From Myxococcota bacterium (GTDB taxonomy: Bacteria; Myxococcota_A; SURF-8): DNA of 64,000 nucleotides. Each line of letters begins with the position of its first letter. Position 1 is the stretch's first letter. The stretch covers positions 1,888,001 through 1,952,000 of the forward strand of contig OZ223209.1 of the NCBI GenBank assembly GCA_965140415.1. The letters run 5' to 3'. Both the position numbers and the translations under genes were made by a program. Shown here one piece after another: positions 19,045 to 27,457 of this stretch. The notes under the pieces were generated by a model. The model saw only the letters and a program-made list of their open reading frames with translations. It was not told the DNA's origin and searched no databases.

Positions 19045-19991
19045 CGGACACTCCTTTCCGCTACGCGCAGTTTGGCGCTACGGGCTCGGGGATTGGCCTC
19101 GATTTCTTTCTCGCTAGGCAATATCGGTTTCCGGGTCAGCACAACGGCTTCCCGGCGTTTATCACATCCGCAGACCGGCAGGTCCGGCGGGCAGATGCAG
19201 TCGATGGTCCAGTCGCGCATCGTGTGGCGCACGATACGATCTTCCAGGCTGTGATAGCTGATAACTGCAAGCCTGCCGCTCGGCTTGAGTGCATGCAGGG
19301 CCTGGGGTAGCAGTGCTTCCAGGCTGTCCAGTTCTCCGTTGACGGCAATGCGCAGCGCCTGGCAGGTCTGCGTGGCGGCATGAATACGCTTGGGATGAAA
19401 GCGGCGTGGAATCGCTTGCTCGACGATAGACGCCAGTTGGGTCATGTCGTTCAACTCACCTGCCTCCAACGCCTCTTTAAGCGCACGCGCAATGCGGTAG
19501 CCGTTGCGCTCTTCGCCGTAGCGGCTGATTATCGTCGCCAACTGTTTGGTGTCCAGTTGTTCGATCAGATCCTTCGCGCTGTTTCCTCGGCTTTGATCCA
19601 TGCGCATGTCGATGGGACCGGCGAAGCGGAAACTGAAGCCGCGTTCGGGATCGTCCAGTTGGCGGGAAGATAAACCCAGATCTGCCAGGATGCCATCTAC
19701 CGCTTCGATTTCAAGTTCCTCTAGTACCTGGGCCAGCTCGGCGAAGTTGGTTTGAACCATTTGCAAACGTTCGCCATAGCTGGACAGGCGCTGTCGGGTG
19801 TATTCGATTACCTGGGCGTCCAAGTCCAGACCGATCACCCGGCCTGTCGGTGCGGAGCGCTTCAGCATTTCTTCGATATGACCGCCGCCGTTTGCCGTAC
19901 AATCGACATACACACCGCCATCCACCGGTTGCAGCCAGTCCATGCATTGCGTAAGCAACACCGGCTTATGATGCAGCGCCAAACTCGTCAT
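19041..19991 (-). CDS. rsmH: 16S rRNA m4C1402 methyltransferase RsmH (MraW)
   Basis: Start MTSLALHHKPVLL at 19991 (TAATG overlap with the upstream stop); DLGLSS.QLD..ERGFSF, DMRMD, QALRIAVN.EL, SYHSLEDR, NPRARSAKLR. Confidence 0.96.
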   Translation of the reverse strand: MTSLALHHKPVLLTQCMDWLQPVDGGVYVDCTANGGGHIEEMLKRSAPTGRVIGLDLDAQVIEYTRQRLSSYGERLQMVQTNFAELAQVLEELEIEAVDGILADLGLSSRQLDDPERGFSFRFAGPIDMRMDQSRGNSAKDLIEQLDTKQLATIISRYGEERNGYRIARALKEALEAGELNDMTQLASIVEQAIPRRFHPKRIHAATQTCQALRIAVNGELDSLEALLPQALHALKPSGRLAVISYHSLEDRIVRHTMRDWTIDCICPPDLPVCGCDKRREAVVLTRKPILPSEKEIEANPRARSAKLRVAERSVR

Positions 19992-20323
19992 TACATCTGC
20001 TCCAGCGCCTGGCGAGGCGAGTCGAAACAATCGAAGGTCATCGGATAGCCGACTGCCGAGAAAATACTGGACACATAGTGGTTCATGCCCGCCAGTTGCA
20101 AGCTGCCATGTCTGCGACTCAATCGCCCAGCCACCGCAGCCAACAGATCGGCGGTGCGATAGTAAATATGCGAGGTGGCGCTTAAATCGATGACGAGTTG
20201 CCGGATGCCGTCGTCTTCCAGATTTTCCAGTGCGCGACGCAGCACGGGCAGGTCTTGACGGTCGATGACCGATCCTGCCGAAATAATGGCGATTCCCGTT
20301 CGTGGTTGACGAATGGTGAGCAT
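19991..20323 (-). CDS. STAS-domain (anti-sigma-factor antagonist-like) protein
   Basis: 110 aa with STAS pattern I...G.VID......LR..L..L...G...LVIDLS...HI......L......L....G.L.LAG.N.YV..IF..VG; GGAG SD upstream. Confidence 0.8.
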   Translation of the reverse strand: MLTIRQPRTGIAIISAGSVIDRQDLPVLRRALENLEDDGIRQLVIDLSATSHIYYRTADLLAAVAGRLSRRHGSLQLAGMNHYVSSIFSAVGYPMTFDCFDSPRQALEQM

Positions 20324-20395
20324 ACTTCCGGTCTCCCAAGTTCCCAGTCGGTTATGAAAATCGAAAAGGCAATCAAATGAAAAATAGAAAAAATC

Positions 20396-20884
20396 TCAAC
20401 TGCTGAAATGGTGATTGTGCTTGAGCCACACATCGTGCGCTTTGGCGCGCAGCATATCGTCGATGGCTTCAAAGCGTTCCTTGGCCCAAAGTTCCATTTT
20501 CGAGCCGACACCGATCCACAGCACTTCGTTGTTCATCCCGGCCCAATCCCGGTAGAACTGTGGTAAAACCATGCGGCCCTGACGGTCCAGCTTGCATTCC
20601 ATCGCTCGTGAAATGTAACCGATGTACATGGCGTGGATCGCTTCCGGCTCTACTAGTCGGTTTACTTCCTCGCAACGTTGTTGCCATCCGCCCAAAGGCC
20701 AGATTTCGAAATAGCGTTGCTCCGGGTCATGGCCGGGAACGGCGATGATGCTTCCTGCTTCCTCTTCCGAAAGTTGGCTGCGGAAAGAACCGGGCATAAT
20801 CAGGCGAGCTTTGGCGTCGAATTCCTTCGCTACCATCCCCTGAAATAAATAGCCCTGTCGATCGTCCATGTTCACCATCAGCAA
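20396..20884 (-). CDS. mraZ: Division/cell wall cluster transcriptional repressor MraZ (start may be 20878 or 20869)
   Basis: FQG...FDAKARLIMP..FR and LDRQGRMVLP duplicated AbrB-like motifs, IGVG.KMELW; first gene of the dcw cluster. Confidence 0.93.
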   Translation of the reverse strand: MLMVNMDDRQGYLFQGMVAKEFDAKARLIMPGSFRSQLSEEEAGSIIAVPGHDPEQRYFEIWPLGGWQQRCEEVNRLVEPEAIHAMYIGYISRAMECKLDRQGRMVLPQFYRDWAGMNNEVLWIGVGSKMELWAKERFEAIDDMLRAKAHDVWLKHNHHFSS

Positions 20885-20980
20885 ATGGTTGCGCCCCGAG
20901 GGGGAGTGTGTTAAAATCCCATCAATGTATTCGGGGTGTTAGCCCCGGTTTTCAACCCCCGAAGCATCCCCTTTTTTACA

Positions 20981-21020
20981 GAAAGTGGAAAAAAGTGGGC
21001 TAAAGTGGGCTGATATGGGA
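20981..21020. promoter_or_regulatory. MraZ operator: four 10-bp-phased boxes (GAAAGTGGAA/AAAAGTGGGC/TAAAGTGGGC/TGATATGGGA on +)
   Basis: Direct repeats at a 10-nt period with a (G)TGG(G) core, matching known MraZ-binding repeats, immediately downstream of the mraZ -10 box. Confidence 0.8.
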
Positions 21021-21049
21021 ATTATAAGCAATACCCTATTATAGGGCAA
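21021..21049 (-). promoter_or_regulatory. sigma70 promoter of the mraZ/dcw operon
   Basis: Minus strand TTGCCC-17 nt-TATAAT; the palindrome CCCTAT-T-ATAGGG (21034-21046) overlaps the spacer and -35. Confidence 0.7.
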
Positions 21050-21296
21050 GGTCTTTTTGGGACATCGTGTCTTTTTTTTCGTCGCTTTGCTATCTTGTAT
21101 GTCATCGCCAGGGAGGGCACAGGATATTGTGGTGTATAGTGCCTTGAACGGAGGATTTAAAAGCGACATGTAAAGGGCGATAGTCGTAAAAGATTAATAT
21201 CATTAATAATATAGGCGTTTTTAGTGTTGGAAGACCTTGGTTTGTGGTGATCGTTCCCAATCGGCTGGTAGTGTTTGTGAATGGGAGAAAGTGGGC

Positions 21297-23444
21297 ATGG
21301 CTCGTACCGTGGCTGAATACAAAGAAGACATTGCCCGACAGCGAGAGCAAATTCTTCAGATATATCTAACTCATTATCCGAACTACGACACCTCCCGTAT
21401 CGAAAAGGCAATGGATTATGCCGAGTTGTTGCATCGAGGTCAGATGCGTCGCAGCGGCAATCCCTACATTTTTCATCCCTTGGCCGTCACCCGCCTGGTG
21501 GCGGAAGCGGAACTGGATGAAAGCTGTTTGATTTCAGCCATTTTACACGACACGATTGAAGATACAGTCGCCAGTAAAGATGTGATTGCGGATAAATTCG
21601 ACCCGTACATCTCCGATCTGGTTCAGGCGATGACCAAGATCAAGAGCTATTCCGCTGAGCGCCGCGAAGAAGACAAGCGACTGACCTACAAGCGTATCCT
21701 GAAGGCGGCGAGTAAGGATATTCGGCCTTTATTGATCAAGATATATGACCGCTTAAATAACATGCGTGAGATGTCGCATATGCCCGAGGGGCATCGATTG
21801 CGGATTTCACGTGAGACTCTGGAGGTTTACGTTCCCCTGGCAAGGCGTCTTGGCATGAGCCGCGTAGAGCGGGAACTGATCAATCACTCCCTGAAATATC
21901 TCTATGCCAAACCCTATAAGGCGATCAAGGAACGTTTGGCCAAGGAAAGCGATCTACGCGAAGACGAAATCAGCGCAACGTTGGAACTCATCGATTCCAC
22001 CTTCCGCGCCCAGAATATCTGGTTGGAACTGGTTTCCGCCTGGCCGGCGGCTGCGGATTTCTACCAACCGAATATCGGTATTGCCACCGAAGGAGAAATT
22101 GAAGTACAGCTTAACCTGATCCTGCCGGAAATACAGAATTTATACCTGGCCTTGGGGATCATGCATCAGCTCTTCACTCCGGTACCGCTACAGATTCGCG
22201 ACATGGTGGCCAGCCCGATGGCCAACGGTTTCCGCGCGTTGTTGACCAAGGTGGTGATCGGGGGTCGTATCTATCGCGTGTCGATTTCCACGCCGGAAAT
22301 GTATCAGGTCAATCAACGTGGCATCGTTCACAACTGGAAGCAGAATCAGAACCGCCTGTCCGGTTATTACACCAATTACATGCAGATTCTGGAAGAACTG
22401 CTGGCCGACGAGGAAGTGCGCGTCGATGACGTGCTGCGTCAGTCCTCGGTGGATGGTCTGGCGATTTTCTCTCCGCGCAAAGATTTGTATATCCTGCCGG
22501 AGGGCAGCACGGTTATCGATTTCGCTTATGAGATCCACCAGCAGGTCGGTGAACACGCCAAAGAGGCGCTGGTAAACGGTGTCGCTCGACCCATCAGCCA
22601 CGAGTTGAAGACCGGGGATGTCGTGCGTATCATCACCGACAGCAAAGTACATCCGGAAAAGAACTGGGTGGATTTTGCGAAAAGCCCCAAAGCCCGGTCC
22701 AATATCAACAACTGGCTGCGGCGCGAAATGGAGCGGCGCATTGTCGAAATGGGGCGTTCTCTGCTGTTTGCGGAACTGGAAAAATACGGGCGCGATCCGT
22801 TGGTTGTAGTGGAAAGCGCGGAATTTAAGGAGATCTTAAAGCAGCATAAATTCAAGCTGGATGAGTTGTACCGGCGCATCGGATATCGGCAGATTATCGC
22901 GAGTCGCTTCGTTCGCAAGAACGGGATCATTCCGGCGGAACAGATAGACCGGCGTAAGCGCATCGAGCGGCAGTCGATCCGTGACCGTTTGTTCAATACG
23001 TTAAAGAGCAAACGCGGGCAGACCTGGAAGTTCAAAAAAGACGATATTTTCGTAAAATATGCGCGCTGTTGCAACCCGATCTTTGGAGACAAAGTGGTGG
23101 GAGTCTTAAGCGAAGGCAAAGGCGTGACCGTGCATCGCGACATCTGCCCGAATTTGAAAACGATCGAAGCCGACAAGCGTATTGAGGTGGAATGGGACAC
23201 CGAGGGTTTATCCACTTCAGCGCTTTTGAATCTGCATATCGGAGACCGGCAAGGTGTGATGGCCAAGATCCTGAATGTCGTCAACAAGCACGGCGTTAAT
23301 ATGAGTGAATTCAATGCCTATACGGTCGGTCACGAAGCCTTCATGAAAGTTCGGCTGGATGTGAATAGCCAGCGCGAACTGATAAAAATCGTGAACGATA
23401 TTCGTAAAATCGAAGAAGTGATCTCGATTACGCGCGAAGAGTAA
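21297..23444 (+). CDS. spoT: Long RelA/SpoT homologue (HD hydrolase, degenerate synthetase, TGS, ZFD, ACT)
   Basis: GGAG SD before ATG 21297; HRGQMRRSGNPYIFHP, ILHDTIED, DRLNNMR (hydrolase); TGS DFAYEIH..VG...VNG; ZFD ARCCNPIFGD...VHR..CPN; C-terminal ACT. Synthetase motifs are absent. Confidence 0.88.
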   Translation: MARTVAEYKEDIARQREQILQIYLTHYPNYDTSRIEKAMDYAELLHRGQMRRSGNPYIFHPLAVTRLVAEAELDESCLISAILHDTIEDTVASKDVIADKFDPYISDLVQAMTKIKSYSAERREEDKRLTYKRILKAASKDIRPLLIKIYDRLNNMREMSHMPEGHRLRISRETLEVYVPLARRLGMSRVERELINHSLKYLYAKPYKAIKERLAKESDLREDEISATLELIDSTFRAQNIWLELVSAWPAAADFYQPNIGIATEGEIEVQLNLILPEIQNLYLALGIMHQLFTPVPLQIRDMVASPMANGFRALLTKVVIGGRIYRVSISTPEMYQVNQRGIVHNWKQNQNRLSGYYTNYMQILEELLADEEVRVDDVLRQSSVDGLAIFSPRKDLYILPEGSTVIDFAYEIHQQVGEHAKEALVNGVARPISHELKTGDVVRIITDSKVHPEKNWVDFAKSPKARSNINNWLRREMERRIVEMGRSLLFAELEKYGRDPLVVVESAEFKEILKQHKFKLDELYRRIGYRQIIASRFVRKNGIIPAEQIDRRKRIERQSIRDRLFNTLKSKRGQTWKFKKDDIFVKYARCCNPIFGDKVVGVLSEGKGVTVHRDICPNLKTIEADKRIEVEWDTEGLSTSALLNLHIGDRQGVMAKILNVVNKHGVNMSEFNAYTVGHEAFMKVRLDVNSQRELIKIVNDIRKIEEVISITREE

Positions 23445-23678
23445 CCGGTTTCGCTCCTCTTTTCGTTTGACCATCAGACAACCTTGACAAGTACCTCAAG
23501 CTGACATAACCTACCGGATCAAGAGCTTGATTCGCCATTTTGAATAACCCAGTCGTTATTTAGCGCAGTACTTTCGGAAGTATTTGCCAACAGGTGATAT
23601 GCGTTATACACGGCGCTTTCAAATGGCGTTGTCACGGCATACAAGTAGACATTTACCAGTAAAGCAGGAGGTTCGGTT

Positions 23679-26480
23679 ATGAATCGGAATATGGTGGCGT
23701 TTTTCGCCTTTTGCGTTGTATGGCTAGTAGCCGGTTCCGTCGCGGCGACCGAGCCGGGGCTTTCTCTGCAAGGCTTTACCGCCAAATATCCCACTGCCAA
23801 GTTGGATATCCAACAGGGGCAGGTGCGTATGATCGCCAATGTGAAGATTCCGACAACGGAAGCAAAAACGGCCACCCTGCGGGCGCAGTCGTTTTTACAG
23901 GCCAATGCCCGCTTATTGCAATTGGGTGACGTGCAGCGGGATTTCAGCGCGCAGAAGGAACTGACTCTGCGGCAGGGTAAGGTGGCTCATTTTATCCAGA
24001 CCTACCAGGGAATTCCCGTCTATCATGGGGAAATCAAGGTGGTGTTGGATGCAGAGGGCAATGTGACTCGCGTTCACAATCATGCTCGCCGGGTGGAGGG
24101 CTTGTCGCTCGTGCCCGCCATCAGTCCGAACGATGCGATCATGGAAGGCTGGGCGCAGGTTTACGGAGTGGCTGGAAATCAATTGACCGCTCGCGAGATG
24201 GATTCCAAATACGCCCGTCTGCTCGTGATGGGACATGGTGCAGGCGCGGTTTTAGCCTATGCCGTTGGGATGCCGATCGGACTGCCGACCGAGCGCCGGG
24301 TGGCTTTTATCGATGCGCACACTGGCGATTTTCTGGGTTCGATGAACCAGGTCGTGTACGCGCATATGGCGAACGTGTACGAATTCAATCCGGGTGGCGA
24401 TACAAGCAATCCGCAGGCGACCGTCGTGCGCGAGATCGGCTATATGGCGCCGGATCAAAAGCATTGCCTGGGCATGTTCCACTATGCTTATAACTGCATC
24501 GACGAAGGCGATACGTTCAATATTCCGTTCCTGGGCAGTATTCCGCGCTGCACCGAGCGTTACAAAGCCGAAGCCGATGAAAACTACGATTTCGACAAGC
24601 ACGTGCTGCCGGTACTTGGCGATGCCGAAACGGAAGGCGTGTTGGATGATGACTTCTCCGAAGTGCATCTGTTCTACCACGTCGATAAAATCTACACCTA
24701 CTTCCGCCAACTGGCGCAGCACATCGATGATACAGACCCTCCCTTTGAAACGCTGACGGAGCCGGTGCTCAATTGCGTGGCGAACTTCCGCACGTTGGAC
24801 GTCGAGGAGATCATGTCCACCGGCCAGATTCCCACCAACCCTGAACTTGCGCCGTTTAATAACGCCATGTTCGTAACGGGTGGTGGCTTGTTCGGCTTCT
24901 ATCCCGAGCGGGATTCCATCATCTTCGGACAGGGTTCCGGTGTAGACTTCTCCTACGATGCGGACGTCATCTACCACGAATTCACCCATGCCGTCGTGGG
25001 TAGTACGGCGGGACTGGCCTCGACGGCATACGACCAATACGGGGCGGCCACCGATCCGGGCGCGATGAACGAAGGCTATGCGGACTTCTTTTCCGCGACT
25101 TACGTCGGCAATCCCGAGATGGCCGAATATGTGGGTAATTTCCTGTCCGAGGAGAACTATCTGCGCAACTTGACCAACACGAAGAGCTGCCCGACCGACG
25201 TCAAAGGCGAAGTTCACGACGATTCGGAATGGTGGTCTGGAGCTTTGTGGACGGTGCGCGAGCAGTACAAGGCTTCCGATCAGGATCACTGGGACGTCGA
25301 TGCGGCGATTTTCAGTGCTATGATCACCCTGCCTGCCGAAGCTACGTACACCGAAGCCGCAACGGCAACGGTTGAAAGTATGCGCACCTGGTTCGGCGAG
25401 GATGCTGCCACGTTTGCAACTACCACCTTTACCAATCGCGGCCTGTTCAACTGTACTCGCGCAGTGCCCACCAATGCAGGGCAGGCGATCTCCTCCTACT
25501 CCTTCCCCAGCGACAGCAAAACGCCTTCCACTCCGGGCTATTTCCAGTTGGACATTCAAGGCGCTAGCAAGGATTACATCCGGGTTGAATTTCTGGCAAT
25601 CGCGCAGGGCGGCATTATGGGCGGTTCCACGGATGTCACGGTCTTCATCCGCAAGGATCTGCCGGTGACGTTTGAATACGATGGAGATACCGTTACGGCG
25701 ACGGCGGACATGGTGGTGAATCCGGTCAAATTCGGAACGATCATGAACCAGTTCGATCAGTACGTCGGTATCGCGCAAAACGAGGATGGCAGCCCCATCG
25801 GCGGTCATTACTATTTCGCGTTTGGCGTGGCCAGCAGTGGTGGCGGCATGTTCGATATGGGCGGCGGCACACTGTACAACCTGAAAGTGGAATTTTTAGA
25901 CGGCGTTCCCCCCTGCACGGCGGATGAGGATTGTGGCGATTGCCAGATCTGCAACGACGAGCATGCCTGTGAAGATGCCTATGGCGAATGCATGAACGAC
26001 TCAGACTGCGATAGCGGCTATGTCTGTGAAGACAACGAAGGCTGCGGCGGTCATTGCGAAGAAGTGCCCTTAGATGGCGATCTGACGGACGGCGACATGA
26101 CGGCGGATGGCGACAATGCTCCCGATGGCGATGTCGATGGCGACGATTCCGACGGGGATACGAGCGAACCGGACTGCACCGTCAGCGCGGATTGCGGCGA
26201 CTGTCAGATCTGCGTCAGCGGCGTTTGTTTGGATGCCGCGCCCGAATGCGAAGAGGATGAAGATTGCGAAGAGGGCGAAATCTGCGGTGAAGGCGAGTGC
26301 GGTGGTGAGTGTCAGGCGATCGACGGCGATCAGGCCGATGGCGATGAACCTGCCGATGGTGATACCGGCGTCGGCCAGAATGATGGCAGTGGCGGCGGTT
26401 GCGGACAGACCACGGGGTCGGCAGCCTGGCTATTACTGCTGGGCTTTGGATTGCTGCTGCTTCGCAGGCGCTTTGTCTGA
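23679..26480 (+). CDS. Secreted thermolysin-like (M4/M36) zinc metalloprotease with Cys-rich/DGD stalk and MYXO-CTERM-like anchor
   Basis: Signal peptide; FTP propeptide (F.QTYQGIPVY.GE); DVIYHEFTH plus MNEGYADFF plus EVH zinc motifs; C-terminus GGGC...AWLLLLGFGLLLLRRR. Confidence 0.88.
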   Translation: MNRNMVAFFAFCVVWLVAGSVAATEPGLSLQGFTAKYPTAKLDIQQGQVRMIANVKIPTTEAKTATLRAQSFLQANARLLQLGDVQRDFSAQKELTLRQGKVAHFIQTYQGIPVYHGEIKVVLDAEGNVTRVHNHARRVEGLSLVPAISPNDAIMEGWAQVYGVAGNQLTAREMDSKYARLLVMGHGAGAVLAYAVGMPIGLPTERRVAFIDAHTGDFLGSMNQVVYAHMANVYEFNPGGDTSNPQATVVREIGYMAPDQKHCLGMFHYAYNCIDEGDTFNIPFLGSIPRCTERYKAEADENYDFDKHVLPVLGDAETEGVLDDDFSEVHLFYHVDKIYTYFRQLAQHIDDTDPPFETLTEPVLNCVANFRTLDVEEIMSTGQIPTNPELAPFNNAMFVTGGGLFGFYPERDSIIFGQGSGVDFSYDADVIYHEFTHAVVGSTAGLASTAYDQYGAATDPGAMNEGYADFFSATYVGNPEMAEYVGNFLSEENYLRNLTNTKSCPTDVKGEVHDDSEWWSGALWTVREQYKASDQDHWDVDAAIFSAMITLPAEATYTEAATATVESMRTWFGEDAATFATTTFTNRGLFNCTRAVPTNAGQAISSYSFPSDSKTPSTPGYFQLDIQGASKDYIRVEFLAIAQGGIMGGSTDVTVFIRKDLPVTFEYDGDTVTATADMVVNPVKFGTIMNQFDQYVGIAQNEDGSPIGGHYYFAFGVASSGGGMFDMGGGTLYNLKVEFLDGVPPCTADEDCGDCQICNDEHACEDAYGECMNDSDCDSGYVCEDNEGCGGHCEEVPLDGDLTDGDMTADGDNAPDGDVDGDDSDGDTSEPDCTVSADCGDCQICVSGVCLDAAPECEEDEDCEEGEICGEGECGGECQAIDGDQADGDEPADGDTGVGQNDGSGGGCGQTTGSAAWLLLLGFGLLLLRRRFV

Positions 26481-26507
26481 GCGGTAACATAGTAACCGGT
26501 TATTGCG

Positions 26508-26537
26508 AACGGCCACTCATTCAGGGTAGCCGTTTTT
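26508..26537 (+). terminator. Probable terminator between the protease and convergent DUF190 gene
   Basis: AACGGCCAC...GTAGCCGTT imperfect stem followed by a T run. Confidence 0.5.
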
Positions 26538-26568
26538 CGTAGTAAGGTTGTGTTGATATTCGCTTGAA

Positions 26569-26916
26569 CTATTCTTCGGGATGTTTATTGTGACGATAGA
26601 GGTGAACGAAAACCGGTTGCAGTGTAACCAGTCCCTCAGAGATCATTTCGTCCAGTTCCGGCAATAGGGCATCGATGCGCTCCTGCTTGTCTACGATTTC
26701 CACCACCATGGGTAGATCTTCAGACAGGCGCAGGATTTTACTGGTGTGAATGGTGCTGTTGGCACCGTACCCCAAACAGCCTCGAAGAACGGTCGCACCG
26801 GCCAGGCCCAGTTCCCGCGCACGCTCGACGATGACTTCGTACAGCGCCTGTCCCTGCCAGCTGTCGCTTTCTCCGATGAAGATGCGCAGCAGTTTCGCTT
26901 CGGATTGATGAATCAT
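26569..26916 (-). CDS. DUF190 PII-like protein
   Basis: LLRIFIGESD...LYE.IV..AR..GLAGATVLRG..GYG...IH...ILRLSEDLP.VVEIVD; typical partner of crcB. Confidence 0.92.
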   Translation of the reverse strand: MIHQSEAKLLRIFIGESDSWQGQALYEVIVERARELGLAGATVLRGCLGYGANSTIHTSKILRLSEDLPMVVEIVDKQERIDALLPELDEMISEGLVTLQPVFVHLYRHNKHPEE

Positions 26917-26925
26917 CGTTTCCTC

Positions 26926-27303
26926 CTAAGCCATGCGACCCAGTGCGATGCCTGCGAACAAGGCGACGACCCCCAGGCCGTTTTGCAGGATGATGTTTCC
27001 AGCAGCCAGCACGTATTGCGCCTGGCGCAGCAGTTCTCCGGTTTCCAGTACAAAGGTGCTGAATGTCGTGAATGCGCCCATTAAACCGACCATGACGATC
27101 AGTCGCGTTTCAGCGGAGATTTGCAGGCGATATTCGAACAAGGCCCACAATAATCCGGCGATAAAGCAGCCGCTGATATTCACAACCACCGTTCCCCAAG
27201 GAAAGCTTACGCCGTTGATGCGGTACACAAGGCCCGATAATCCGTAACGCGCCAACGCTCCCAAGCCGCCTGCAAGAGCCATCCATACAAATTTCTGCCA
27301 CAT
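26926..27303 (-). CDS. crcB: Fluoride efflux channel FluC/CrcB
   Basis: GGLGALARY, FPWGT..VN..GCF, G.MGAFTTFSTF..E; start MWQKF at 27303 with GAGG SD. Confidence 0.95.
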   Translation of the reverse strand: MWQKFVWMALAGGLGALARYGLSGLVYRINGVSFPWGTVVVNISGCFIAGLLWALFEYRLQISAETRLIVMVGLMGAFTTFSTFVLETGELLRQAQYVLAAGNIILQNGLGVVALFAGIALGRMA

Positions 27304-27344
27304 GAAAAGATCCTCTTTGTTGCTGTCCATTCGTTTCTTTAACT

Positions 27345-27373
27345 ACTATACGCCCGCAGCATCTAAGGGGCAA
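27345..27373 (-). promoter_or_regulatory. sigma70 promoter of crcB-DUF190
   Basis: Minus strand TTGCCC-17 nt-TATAGT. Confidence 0.6.
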
Positions 27374-27397
27374 GCCGTTCATCAGCGACGCTCACAC

Positions 27398-27430
27398 GAA
27401 ACCGCCCGAAGCGGTATCACTTCGGGCGGC
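27398..27430 (-). terminator. Terminator of the glyA-gcvT fusion gene
   Basis: CCGCCCGAAG-8 nt loop-CTTCGGGCGG perfect stem, followed by TTT on the minus strand. Confidence 0.7.
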
Positions 27431-27457
27431 GTTGGATCGCAATTTGTATGAGATCGA

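Noticed and set aside
19992-20339. N-terminal extension of RsmH in the ORF track
   Set aside because: Overlaps the STAS gene; RsmH homology begins at 19991.
24252-25808. 518-aa antisense ORF within the protease gene (likewise 38082-39086 against meaB, 4805-5710 against ftsZ, 53433-54323 against lipoprotein C)
   Set aside because: No recognisable motifs; typical antisense ORFs caused by codon bias in well-supported genes.
27304-27450. Fluoride (crcB) riboswitch upstream of crcB
   Set aside because: A GCTGATGA is present, but the GGCGATGG..TTCGCC P1/pseudoknot is not. The hairpin is better explained as the glyA-gcvT terminator, and the crcB promoter lies downstream of it.
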